IMG/VR virus record: IMGVR_UViG_3300034104_004745
Coordinates: 1 to 64,000 of that record
DNA length: 64,000 nt
Reading direction: 5' to 3' (one strand)
Origin: a virus
Taxonomy: Duplodnaviria > Heunggongvirae > Uroviricota > Caudoviricetes
The notes under the pieces are model-generated. The model ran no database searches and was not told the origin of the DNA. It saw only the letters and a program-made list of their open reading frames with translations. Made by a program: the position numbers and the translations under genes. Positions 27,616 through 36,640 of the stretch are shown here, in pieces. Numbering within the stretch: the first letter of the stretch is position 1; each line of letters begins with the position of its first letter.

Positions 27616-27978
27616 TTATTTTTTAGTTTTATTGTGTGGTGTTGGGTTTCCGTGTTCGTCTACCGCAACAAATACTATTTTATCAATAACAGTTATTACT
27701 CGATGCGTATCCTTATTTCTAACAATACATTTTATTGTAATCGATGTTGTTCCTAGAGTAATCATTTCACAACCGATCTCAATTATATCCCCTAGCTTGG
27801 CAGATGCAATGAAATCAATTTCACTCATTACTTTTGTTACCACATTAGGTGTCCCCAATTGGCAAATACAATAGATTGCAGCCTCTTCATCGATCCACTT
27901 TAACAGTTGACCGCCAAATAGTGTACCTCTTGGATTTAGGTCTTCTGGTTTAATTAGTTTCCTTGTCCTGAATATCAT
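27616..27978 (-). CDS. Acyl-CoA thioesterase (hotdog fold, YciA/4HBT-like).
   Basis: The pattern NPRGTLFGGQLLKWIDE...VVTKV...GD.IEI...GTTS aligns with YciA-type thioesterases. Confidence 0.65.
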   Translation of the reverse strand: MIFRTRKLIKPEDLNPRGTLFGGQLLKWIDEEAAIYCICQLGTPNVVTKVMSEIDFIASAKLGDIIEIGCEMITLGTTSITIKCIVRNKDTHRVITVIDKIVFVAVDEHGNPTPHNKTKK

Positions 27979-28573
27979 CAGTTAAAAATTTTAAAATCTT
28001 TTCTTTAATTCCACTTTGTTTTATACCCTCAGATCCACGAGGCGTCTCAACAAAATTATCTAATCCCCAATTATGTACAAATTCCACACTATAATCCATA
28101 CCGGTTTTACCCATCCTTAAATCATCAATTGAAACCCAGTGAGTTATTTCCGGATGATCGTGTAGGTATTGTTTAATCTCAATACATCTGGTTTGTTCTA
28201 AGTCCCATTCGCGAGACCATGGAAATCCAGCTTTATAATCTTCAATATACCAGGTGCAATGACCGAGATTTGGTGTAAATGCTATAGGCTTCTTAATGAT
28301 ACCTTGTTGTTCATAATATTCACCCATCTGTTCAACACTAGCCCATCTCTTCCAATCTGAACTAACAACAATCTCAGCACCAGTTTCTTCTAAAATAGAA
28401 TTCAGTACTTTAATAGATTTGTCATCAAAGTCATCAAAACGATATTCCAAAGGAATTTCGTCATTAGTCATGGACAATTTACGTCCACCCCACTTTGCTT
28501 GTTTTTTAAAACGTCCACCCCAATTATTGGATAAACAAATCACACCATCGTGATCAAGAAATATTACTTTCAT
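27950..28573 (-). CDS. HAD-superfamily hydrolase (putative phosphatase or nucleotidase).
   Basis: Motif I FLDHDGV (DxDxV), motif II VVSSD, motif IV SIDD. Confidence 0.5.
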   Translation of the reverse strand: MKVIFLDHDGVICLSNNWGGRFKKQAKWGGRKLSMTNDEIPLEYRFDDFDDKSIKVLNSILEETGAEIVVSSDWKRWASVEQMGEYYEQQGIIKKPIAFTPNLGHCTWYIEDYKAGFPWSREWDLEQTRCIEIKQYLHDHPEITHWVSIDDLRMGKTGMDYSVEFVHNWGLDNFVETPRGSEGIKQSGIKEKILKFLTDDIQDKETN

Positions 28574-28892
28574 TTTTTCTATTTTTAAGTATTAATCTAA
28601 ATGTACTTAAAATACCTAAAAACATGAATAGTTGAACTGGCCAATATGGAAGATTTTGTAGTTCATGAAGCATCCAAAAGATGTTCATGTTAAGCCATGA
28701 TAAGAGAACTAAATTACTGTCTCTTAATTCTTTCTCCCTTATAAAAATGTATATTGCTAGAAGTAGAGTGGGTAAAACCATCACTGTAGCCATCCATGTC
28801 CATTTCAACGTCCAAAAAACGTCTTTAAGTAGCCACAAAATTACATGGATTTCATGAATATTCAAAATTTTTTTATGAGTTTCTTTCGACAT
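28554..28892 (-). CDS. Membrane protein (112 aa, 3 TM segments).
   Basis: Hydrophobic ORF. Confidence 0.45.
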   Translation of the reverse strand: MSKETHKKILNIHEIHVILWLLKDVFWTLKWTWMATVMVLPTLLLAIYIFIREKELRDSNLVLLSWLNMNIFWMLHELQNLPYWPVQLFMFLGILSTFRLILKNRKNESNIS

Positions 28893-29304
28893 ATTCTAAC
28901 TGAGGTGTCCAAACCCCTTCAGATATAACTTTAGGTGCCCCGTTTCTATCGATCATAACCCATTCATAATTTACAATTCCCCAAGGTTCGAATTGTTCAA
29001 TAACATCCTGAAGGGTAAAACACTTACAAGAATAGATATCAAATTGAGCCATAGCAGGTTCATGATGATCCCAAATATGTATTGAAGAATGTGATGTAGC
29101 TAAGGTAACCGTTCCAGTTAAACCCTCATTACCAGGGTAGTCAACATAAACACTGGTTGGTCCTCCAACCACTTCCATCTTTACTTTGTGAACTAAATCA
29201 ACAAACCATTTATTAAGAACATCCACCTCTTTTGGTGGATTTTTAACCCAGATCTTCATTAGAAGATGTTGATGATACGGAACGAATTCTTCCTGCATTT
29301 GCAT
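28873..29304 (-). CDS. Pyruvoyl-dependent decarboxylase of the S-adenosylmethionine decarboxylase (SpeH/AdoMetDC class 1) family.
   Basis: GTVTLATSHSSIHIWDHHEPAMAQFDIYSCK aligns with bacterial AdoMetDC [27 protein letters not shown], including the self-cleavage Ser. Confidence 0.6.
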   Translation of the reverse strand: MQMQEEFVPYHQHLLMKIWVKNPPKEVDVLNKWFVDLVHKVKMEVVGGPTSVYVDYPGNEGLTGTVTLATSHSSIHIWDHHEPAMAQFDIYSCKCFTLQDVIEQFEPWGIVNYEWVMIDRNGAPKVISEGVWTPQLEYVERNS

Positions 29305-29353
29305 AATTTTTACTATACATATATATCATCAAAATTGTATTTTTCTGGGGTGG

Positions 29354-30046
29354 TTAATTATTATTTTTTTTGTACTTTTTGAAGTTCTTAACGAACTCTT
29401 TTTCATACTTTTTTAGCTCTTTAGTCTCCAATCCATTATATAAACCAGTAGACATAAAAGCTTGGATTTCATCGTCAATTATCTTCTTATCATCAACATA
29501 CCCCATTTTAACAAGCTTCTTTCTTAATTTCTCATAATGAGTTGGTTTAATATTATTGATTAAGTTTTTAACTTCGACTTGATAATCTTTATTAGTATAA
29601 TATAACCCATGTGCTATCTCATGATCCATGGTCTTTAGATCTTTACTGCTAGCACCGATCAAATACCATTTTTTTCTTGTCCCATCATTTTTATTTTGGG
29701 AATCAATCGCACAATAGAAATAAATGTTGTTCATTATTTCATCATACTCAGTTTCTTTGTAGAATACGTTATTTGCTTTCTCAACAATATTAGATGGGAT
29801 GTTATACCCCGCCCAATCTTCTGGGTATGTAAACACGTCTTTCTTCCAGAATTGTTTATAGTGGCGCATATATTCTTCCCAAGAAAAATACTTACCTCTA
29901 AACTTTTTAAATGGAGACTCGTAGAATTCTTGATAACGACAGAACAACATTGCTCTATCATAGTTGTCATCAACAATCACACAATAAATGGATGGATGTA
30001 CCTCTTTTACAACCCCTTTAACTAGAGGGTGTTTAATTTTAATCAT
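29354..30046 (-). CDS. Hypothetical protein (230 aa) with an HEIAH (HExxH) motif.
   Basis: ORF. Possibly a zincin, but weakly supported. Confidence 0.5.
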   Translation of the reverse strand: MIKIKHPLVKGVVKEVHPSIYCVIVDDNYDRAMLFCRYQEFYESPFKKFRGKYFSWEEYMRHYKQFWKKDVFTYPEDWAGYNIPSNIVEKANNVFYKETEYDEIMNNIYFYCAIDSQNKNDGTRKKWYLIGASSKDLKTMDHEIAHGLYYTNKDYQVEVKNLINNIKPTHYEKLRKKLVKMGYVDDKKIIDDEIQAFMSTGLYNGLETKELKKYEKEFVKNFKKYKKNNN

Positions 30047-30324
30047 CTTAAATGTTTAAACCTATCGGCTAAATTATTAATATAGTTTTCTTCATCAACT
30101 GAAAGTAAATCCCTACACTTCGCTAAATGATCAATACTATCCCAAAATCTTTGATCATGAATAGTCGGTCTACTGACACCAGTTCCTTTGTTTTTTTCCG
30201 CTTGAGTTGGTTCAATATCACCATCTTCAATTAACCATTTAATTAATTCTTCTCTTTCTGACTTGCTACATGAATCAAGATATTCACTTGGGTCGATGTC
30301 TACTTCTGCTGTAAATTCTGGCAT
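30043..30324 (-). CDS. Hypothetical protein (93 aa).
   Basis: ORF with a 4-nt overlap with the upstream gene. Confidence 0.45.
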   Translation of the reverse strand: MPEFTAEVDIDPSEYLDSCSKSEREELIKWLIEDGDIEPTQAEKNKGTGVSRPTIHDQRFWDSIDHLAKCRDLLSVDEENYINNLADRFKHLR

Positions 30325-30328
30325 AACT

Positions 30329-30661
30329 TTAAGTTAAATGTTTAATAATAATTGTTAGTGAAATCATTATCCAAATAGTGTTAAATACTATTAATGTTGG
30401 AAGTTCTTTTCTCATACTGGCCCATATTAGTAATGAAGATGTTATCAACGTTAAAAAATGTAAATACCAAATTTCAATACCATATAGTAAACCTGGAACA
30501 ATAATAATCGCTTTAGTCATCCAAGCGGCAAATTCGATTATATTATAATCGGTCCAATAAGATTTATCTTTAAACATTAATAAACGCTTAAAAATCTTTT
30601 CCCACCCAATAAAACTATAAAGGATTGTTATGTAAACAATATAGATTGTTAAATTGAGCAT
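30329..30661 (-). CDS. Membrane protein (110 aa, 3-4 TM segments).
   Basis: Hydrophobic ORF. Confidence 0.5.
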   Translation of the reverse strand: MLNLTIYIVYITILYSFIGWEKIFKRLLMFKDKSYWTDYNIIEFAAWMTKAIIIVPGLLYGIEIWYLHFLTLITSSLLIWASMRKELPTLIVFNTIWIMISLTIIIKHLT

Positions 30662-30696
30662 GTATTAATATAAGAAAAAAAGATGAAATAAAAAAA

Positions 30697-31026
30697 TTAG
30701 AGTGAGAAACTTTCACCACACCCACAAGTTCTGGATGCATTGGGGTTTACCCATTGAAAGCCCTTACCATTCAAACCGCTAGAGTATTGCAGTTCAGTAC
30801 CAAACAAATAAAGAACAGATTTTTTATCAATTACCACTTTAAGTTCTGGTAGATTAATAATCTCATCCATTTCAGTAATGTCTGTATCAAAATCCATAAC
30901 ATATGAAAGACCACTACACCCACCACCTTTAACCCCTACACGCAAAAAATGGGTACCGTTGTCGATACCCTCTTCTTTCATAACGTCTTTGAGATGTGTT
31001 AATGCTGTCTCAGTAATAGTAATCAT
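30697..31026 (-). CDS. A-type iron-sulfur cluster carrier (IscA/HesB/ErpA family).
   Basis: Near full-length alignment to IscA, including GGCSG and the C-terminal CGCGESF Cys ligands. Confidence 0.85.
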   Translation of the reverse strand: MITITETALTHLKDVMKEEGIDNGTHFLRVGVKGGGCSGLSYVMDFDTDITEMDEIINLPELKVVIDKKSVLYLFGTELQYSSGLNGKGFQWVNPNASRTCGCGESFSL

Positions 31027-31028
31027 TG

Positions 31029-31262
31029 TTATTCGTTAGAAATTAACTTACCATCAGGAAAATACTTATGAAGTACTTCCAGTTTATCCTCAGCATCAAC
31101 TAATCTTTGTAATGCTATTTCCGCGTCATTTAGGAAATCATTAGCGGTGTGATCGCCAATACCAACAGCTTTTTCTGTTAATAATTCTAATGACATTAAT
31201 GCGTGTTCTTTTTCTGAAATTGCTTTAGCTACCAGTGCCTTAATAAGTCTTGGATTTGACAT
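31029..31262 (-). CDS. Hypothetical protein (77 aa).
   Basis: ORF. Confidence 0.45.
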   Translation of the reverse strand: MSNPRLIKALVAKAISEKEHALMSLELLTEKAVGIGDHTANDFLNDAEIALQRLVDAEDKLEVLHKYFPDGKLISNE

Positions 31263-31266
31263 TGTT

Positions 31267-31452
31267 TTATTTATTGTTTAGTTTATTTAAAAGCGAGTCT
31301 GTTGTTTTTTTATCAACAGTTATTTCTTTTACCACATGGGTTTCTTTTCTTAATTTAGACAACTCTTTTTGTTGAAAGTAACAAACAAGTAGTAGCACAA
31401 CTGCAGCGCCTTTTGTTATGTTGTCATGGTTTTTTTTAAAGAATTCTATCAT
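31267..31452 (-). CDS. Small membrane-associated protein (61 aa).
   Basis: ORF with a TATAAATAT motif upstream. Confidence 0.4.
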   Translation of the reverse strand: MIEFFKKNHDNITKGAAVVLLLVCYFQQKELSKLRKETHVVKEITVDKKTTDSLLNKLNNK

Positions 31453-31463
31453 AGTTATAAATA

Positions 31464-31709
31464 TTAAGTAATTAATTCATCTGTGTTGATGTTGTTGTCA
31501 TTTAGAATTTCGTATATTTTTTCATATACTAATTCAAGTACATCATATTTGTCCAAGTCTTTACCTTCTAAAGACCACTCTAATCCTTTTTTTGTATTAT
31601 GGGTAATCTCCCATAAAGCCATAGCCATATCTAGAGATTTAACAGCACGCTTGTGTGCAATCACATCATCAGGATCACTTAAATCAAATTTTAATATCGC
31701 CTCCGCCAT
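31464..31709 (-). CDS. Hypothetical protein (81 aa).
   Basis: ORF. Confidence 0.45.
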   Translation of the reverse strand: MAEAILKFDLSDPDDVIAHKRAVKSLDMAMALWEITHNTKKGLEWSLEGKDLDKYDVLELVYEKIYEILNDNNINTDELIT

Positions 31710-31843
31710 AAGTCACTTAGTTTTTTTGCTGGTCTTTTTGTTATTAATTTACCATCTTGGGTCTCCTCCATAAGAGGTGCTCTCCAAATTTCATATGCTG
31801 TCCACAATAATATAATTGCTGGAAGAAAAATTAAGTATTTCAT
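31691..31843 (-). CDS. Small membrane protein (50 aa).
   Basis: ATG at 31843. Fills an otherwise uncovered 145-nt stretch. One TM segment. Confidence 0.25.
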   Translation of the reverse strand: MKYLIFLPAIILLWTAYEIWRAPLMEETQDGKLITKRPAKKLSDLWRRRY

Positions 31844-31854
31844 GTTACTAAATT

Positions 31855-32160
31855 TTATCTAGTGAAGTATTTTGATTTCCAAAACTGCCACCACTTTCGT
31901 TCAACAACTGGCTTACATTCTGAGAAAGGGTTATCACCAAATGACGCTCTGTTTAAATATTTTGAAGATAAAACATTAAAGAAGATCTCATGGTATTTTC
32001 GATCTATCGTTGCAAAATCGGCAGTTACCTCGGTTCTTAATGTTACTGGGCCATCTGGTGTGTATATGACAAACTGTTCATCTAATCTAACCATTGAACT
32101 TGTTTTCATATTAATATAGGAACCATTACCTATATGAAAATCTGTACTTGTTTCACTCAT
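31855..32160 (-). CDS. Hypothetical protein (101 aa).
   Basis: ORF. Confidence 0.45.
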   Translation of the reverse strand: MSETSTDFHIGNGSYINMKTSSMVRLDEQFVIYTPDGPVTLRTEVTADFATIDRKYHEIFFNVLSSKYLNRASFGDNPFSECKPVVERKWWQFWKSKYFTR

Positions 32161-32161
32161 G

Positions 32162-32464
32162 TTACTCGGTTTGATGATTGTAAAAATCCTCGTATTCTTT
32201 TTTTAATTTGGGATATTTGTTTAATATTTCGTCTCTTGTTAGTTCATGTCTACCGGCATCAACTTTTTCAATAAACAGTGCATCATATAAACTATCCGCT
32301 CGATTAGTTAATTGATTTTTTTCAATGTCGCCACCTTGAAAGAATTCATAATCTTCTTTACATTTTTGCAATTCATCTTGCTGTTGAAAATAAAAGAATG
32401 TCATGATTGTTAATCCCAATAAAGACATTGCTATACCTGCTCTAAACTTTGTTTCTCTTGTCAT
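32162..32464 (-). CDS. Membrane-anchored protein (100 aa).
   Basis: N-terminal TM segment. Confidence 0.45.
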   Translation of the reverse strand: MTRETKFRAGIAMSLLGLTIMTFFYFQQQDELQKCKEDYEFFQGGDIEKNQLTNRADSLYDALFIEKVDAGRHELTRDEILNKYPKLKKEYEDFYNHQTE

Positions 32465-32465
32465 C

Positions 32466-32765
32466 TTAATCTAGATTTTTAATATCCATTAATGTTTTTT
32501 CGACTTCTTGTTCTGACAAGTGGCCAAGTACATCGTTTGTAATTGGTGTATCGTATGTTATATGTCCATTCTTACCGAATACCGCAATCTCATATAAACC
32601 ATTTGCGCCACCATAAGTGTTAGGACCTTGTACGATACTAGCCCCGTAGCCATTTGAAAATTGTACGATGCATTGTTTTCCCATTCCGATCGGGTGTGTT
32701 TGGAAATTCAACTCGTTGAATGTCGTCGTGTCCAGGTTGTTTGTGGGTCTTACTGTTTCGTTCAT
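32466..32765 (-). CDS. Hypothetical protein (99 aa).
   Basis: ORF. Confidence 0.45.
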   Translation of the reverse strand: MNETVRPTNNLDTTTFNELNFQTHPIGMGKQCIVQFSNGYGASIVQGPNTYGGANGLYEIAVFGKNGHITYDTPITNDVLGHLSEQEVEKTLMDIKNLD

Positions 32766-32816
32766 GGTGTAATTTTTTTGTGAATGCTCTTAATAAAAAG
32801 AAGTTCATGTTAAAAG

Positions 32817-32981
32817 ATTTCTTCGGCGATGCCTAGCGCCTCAGCTATAATTAATAATGCACCGGCAGACATATAATCACCATACCATAGTGTTATTCCG
32901 GCGCCAATTCTAAAACCAGATTTAACTAAACTGATCCAGAAATGTGTGTTTGATTTCGACTCTTTAGGTTGCATAAATCTA
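32817..32981 (-). CDS. Small hydrophobic peptide (54 aa, GxxxG/AxxxA-rich) encoded in a locally GC-rich patch of the 440-nt intergenic region.
   Basis: ATG at 32981. Sequence MQPKESKSNTHFWISLVKSGFRIGAGITLWYGDYMSAGALLIIAEALGIAEEIF. Confidence 0.25.
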
Positions 32982-33205
32982 ATATAATATATTTTTTTGA
33001 AAATACAAAATCACTTAACAAACATAGAAATTAAAACTAATTTTATGTGTTTAACCCAACCCGAAAAAGTATTTTCTCTTTGGTAGTTTTTGTACTTTTC
33101 TTGATAATACTCTTTGTTATATCGTTTCATGTTAGTGTTGTTTGATTTCAACCGCTAATTTATAAAAAAATAGTTAGAATCAAAAAGTTTTTTTTAATAT
33201 TTTTT

Positions 33206-34603
33206 TTAACTAATTGATTTTGAAGATGTTATAACATCATATTTTTCTTTGATTGGGTTGACATCTTTATATTTTTCCATCTTTTTATTAAAGATATCAA
33301 TAGCTTCAGTGAATTCTTTAGGGGGGTTAGAGTTTGCTTTTCCTCTAAACTGATTTAGATGCCCCTTTCTATATTGAATGTTAACTCTTTTACTACCAAC
33401 AGACATGGAAGCATGAATGTATAAACTACCCACTGGGAACTGCTTTGCCATACAGTTTTTCATTACCATACCCTCAATTTTAAATTGATCTTCCGTTAAA
33501 ATTAATGATGGTTTAAATAGTTTATCACCTATCTCAATAGGCTCTTCAAGATCATTGATCATTTCTTCTGGTAATGAATATTTTAATTTGTAACCAAGTT
33601 TAAAATGTTTCTTGTGAAGTTCCCAGGTGTCCTTTAATGATATCAGATGATGACAGTTGTTTGCTTTTATTTTAACAATTAGGTTTTCCTTTTTTAAGAA
33701 CTCTTTTAATAAAAAAAGATCTTGAATTGTATTAAGAATACCATCGCTAGTTATAACCTCAACCTCAGAATATTTTTTCAAAGACTTTGCTAATGCTCGT
33801 TTTTCGGATTCATCATCACAAACAAAGGTCTTGTTACTCTTAATGTATTCTAAGCAAATGGTTTCCCAATCAAACTCTCTAAGGTAATCAATATAGTTGT
33901 TACCAAACAAAGTACAAAGGAACTTGACTGATTTAAAGTTTATTTTGGGGATGGTTGATTTTCTACTTGATAATGCACCAATTAGATATTTGGTTTTAAT
34001 ACCATATTGATCCAAAATAGCAGGGATGAATTTCCAATCATTTTGTTTTAGGTATTTCTTTTTAGGGTATGCTTCACATATATCCCAATAGATACAGTCA
34101 TGACCTTTAATACCTTTTTTATTTAAATGATATTCTAGAATAAGATCGTACAACGGATTAACATTATGGTCTTTATCTTGTTGTGTTTTTTCTATTTTAA
34201 GATCATCAAGTATTAAGTTATAAACATCAAGACATGCTCTTTTATATTTCACTCCCCAGAAGTTAAAACGTTTTTCACCAGTATAAAATCCTCTGGTAGT
34301 GAATTCCATCAACATATCAAAGTTGTTCTTTTTTGCTCTCATAATATTCCTATGAAGAACGTGGCTATTTTCTTTTTTATTTAATAACCTGTAAATTACA
34401 TTAATATCTCCGGTTGATTTGTTAATAGTTAAACCGTGCTCATATGTTAAATAATTTTTCTTACCCAGTCTTGAATATTCAATATAAAATTCGGAGATTA
34501 ACATAAGAAAATCATTATCTGATGCTAACTTTAACTTACATACATTTCTGTGTGGTTTATTTCTTTCGTATTTTTCTTGTTCGTGATAAAATAAAACTTC
34601 CAT
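33206..34603 (-). CDS. PcfJ-like protein (tentative), paralog of CDS 34655..36568.
   Basis: Shares the YPKKKYLKQNDWKFIPAILDQYGIKTKYLIG block and a C-terminal EGMVMKNCMAKQF motif (PcfJ-like EGxxMxHCV) with 34655..36568. Confidence 0.5.
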   Translation of the reverse strand: MEVLFYHEQEKYERNKPHRNVCKLKLASDNDFLMLISEFYIEYSRLGKKNYLTYEHGLTINKSTGDINVIYRLLNKKENSHVLHRNIMRAKKNNFDMLMEFTTRGFYTGEKRFNFWGVKYKRACLDVYNLILDDLKIEKTQQDKDHNVNPLYDLILEYHLNKKGIKGHDCIYWDICEAYPKKKYLKQNDWKFIPAILDQYGIKTKYLIGALSSRKSTIPKINFKSVKFLCTLFGNNYIDYLREFDWETICLEYIKSNKTFVCDDESEKRALAKSLKKYSEVEVITSDGILNTIQDLFLLKEFLKKENLIVKIKANNCHHLISLKDTWELHKKHFKLGYKLKYSLPEEMINDLEEPIEIGDKLFKPSLILTEDQFKIEGMVMKNCMAKQFPVGSLYIHASMSVGSKRVNIQYRKGHLNQFRGKANSNPPKEFTEAIDIFNKKMEKYKDVNPIKEKYDVITSSKSIS

Positions 34604-34654
34604 CTACATCTTAGTTTACCTAAAATATAGATGGAAATTATATAATAATAAAGT

Positions 34655-36568
34655 CTAAAGAAGTCTTAATAGATCATCATAAAGGTTATCTTCTTTCCCT
34701 TCAATTTGTACACCGTTAATGATTAATGGGATCTTTTCTTTTGCTGTTGATTTGATAGAACCTTTAAAAGATAAAATTCTATCTTGTAGGATGACTAATG
34801 CTGAATCAAATCTTTCCGGTGGTTTAGCATTACAGAAATATTTTTCTTGTACACAACCTCTATCACGAGTGTCATATTCACAGGTTACTCTTTCATTACC
34901 GATAGGGCTATCTTCTCTAAGAGATACAATAATTGATTTTTCTTTATCTGCATACGATGCAACACAATGATGCATATGTTCACCCTCTTCAGTGTATTCA
35001 GCGTCAATCTTCAACAACACAGGATAATATATACCAATAATATCATTATTTTCGGTTTTGATTTTTATTGGGTTTTCAATAAGTTTTATTAATCTATCCT
35101 CGAATATGTATTTGATACTATATCCCTTTTTGATCGCTCTATCTAGTTTCGCTAATTCTAAATGTTCTCTATGGAAATCAGCAAGATTAGTTGCTCGCAT
35201 TTCAATATCAGGTAGATGTTTTCTTATTTTAATTAACATGTCTAAATGATCATTGAACGCACTAAATTGTGAACGAACAAGACTGTTACCAATTGTTACA
35301 GTATTCCTCTCACTATAAAGAGAACCATTATTAATTGTTTCGTTGATAAATTCATTTATTAATTTAAGTAAACAACTTTTTTCTGAATCTTTTATATCAT
35401 AAATGTGTTTATTATCTATTGCGTAATAGATGGGGGTATCATCACCAGGTATGTTTTTTTCTTTTTCTATTAACCAATATTCTTCATTTATGTTATGTAT
35501 GTATTTGTGTAAATCTACATAACCAAAATATCTAGCCAATAATATTAATCTACTAATATCTGTTTTAGGGAATTTATGTAACAATCTAATTGTACTCTTT
35601 GATTTAATACCAATTCTATCTAAGATTGCAGCCACTAATTTATTATCATTCTTTTTTAAGAATTTTTTAGTTGGGTAGGCTTCCATTAATAGGCGTCTAT
35701 ATTCATTTGGTACTTTAATTTTGTTAACCGCTATAAATGTTTCCATAACAATCGATAGTATTTTTTTTCTAGCACTTCCTTCGGTATTGGAAATGATATT
35801 AGCGTTATGTGGAAGTTTAGATAAGATGGTATGAAACAATGTTTTCATGAACTCATCATCATTAAAAATATCACTAGCTTCTTTGTTTACTGGGTGATGA
35901 CTTTCGGAATTATCACCAGAAAAGTGAAGAGTAACAGGCCCTACAGTTCTACCAAAAAATGATTGGAGAACTTGTGAAAAATGCTTGAAATTGTTCTGTC
36001 TTATTTTAGGTTTATCAGCACCTTCATAACTGATAATATTCCCAGTTTTAAAGTTTATTTTAAAACCTAATGCGGTTTTGATCTTCCTGAAAAATTTACT
36101 GTTTACTGTTCTTGTTTTTCTATGAGTATAAAACCTTACTGAAATGGTGTCCTCATCAACAGCAATATTTCTTTCATGTATTTCTACAGAAACTGCACTA
36201 AGTGGTCTACCATAGTGTTTTAATAAATGACGTTCTTTAGTGGTATAAAACGTTGGGTTTCTGTGATTCCAATTATCAAAGTTTAGTATTTCACCATCCG
36301 GTTCCTCACTATAAAAATATTTTGTGTTCTTCTTATTAAGTTTCTTTTTATTCGGAACCATCAATTGAAACATACTCTTTAACCTTGCTGAAGGCTTTCT
36401 ACCATCCTCCCTGTTAAAGAAATCAGCATCTAAAAAATCGACGTTTTCTAACCCAAGCTGAAACTTTTTATGGATTTCTTTTTCCTCCTTACTTTTGATA
36501 GAGGTATAATCTTTGTACGGCTCTATTCCATAGAACTGAAACCGCTGAGCTAATACGATTTTTTTCAT
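34655..36568 (-). CDS. PcfJ-like protein (637 aa; EGEHMHHCVASY motif).
   Basis: The C-terminal motif resembles the PcfJ signature. Paralogous to 33206..34603. Confidence 0.55.
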   Translation of the reverse strand: MKKIVLAQRFQFYGIEPYKDYTSIKSKEEKEIHKKFQLGLENVDFLDADFFNREDGRKPSARLKSMFQLMVPNKKKLNKKNTKYFYSEEPDGEILNFDNWNHRNPTFYTTKERHLLKHYGRPLSAVSVEIHERNIAVDEDTISVRFYTHRKTRTVNSKFFRKIKTALGFKINFKTGNIISYEGADKPKIRQNNFKHFSQVLQSFFGRTVGPVTLHFSGDNSESHHPVNKEASDIFNDDEFMKTLFHTILSKLPHNANIISNTEGSARKKILSIVMETFIAVNKIKVPNEYRRLLMEAYPTKKFLKKNDNKLVAAILDRIGIKSKSTIRLLHKFPKTDISRLILLARYFGYVDLHKYIHNINEEYWLIEKEKNIPGDDTPIYYAIDNKHIYDIKDSEKSCLLKLINEFINETINNGSLYSERNTVTIGNSLVRSQFSAFNDHLDMLIKIRKHLPDIEMRATNLADFHREHLELAKLDRAIKKGYSIKYIFEDRLIKLIENPIKIKTENNDIIGIYYPVLLKIDAEYTEEGEHMHHCVASYADKEKSIIVSLREDSPIGNERVTCEYDTRDRGCVQEKYFCNAKPPERFDSALVILQDRILSFKGSIKSTAKEKIPLIINGVQIEGKEDNLYDDLLRLL

Positions 36569-36640
36569 TTATGATTTTTTTTGTTCCAAGACAAATATAT
36601 AATATTTTTTTGAATAATTATAAAAAATAAAGAAAATATT

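Noticed and set aside
28975-29000. A tRNA T-arm-like GGTTCGAAT sequence.
   Set aside because: It lies inside the AdoMetDC-like CDS. No acceptor stem or anticodon-arm pairing could be built around it, and no other tRNA-like cloverleaf was seen in the intergenic regions inspected.
31483-31773. A plus-strand 96-aa ORF.
   Set aside because: It is antisense to CDS 31464..31709 and to the small minus ORF 31691..31843. It has no start context, and its strand conflicts with the surrounding unidirectional operon.
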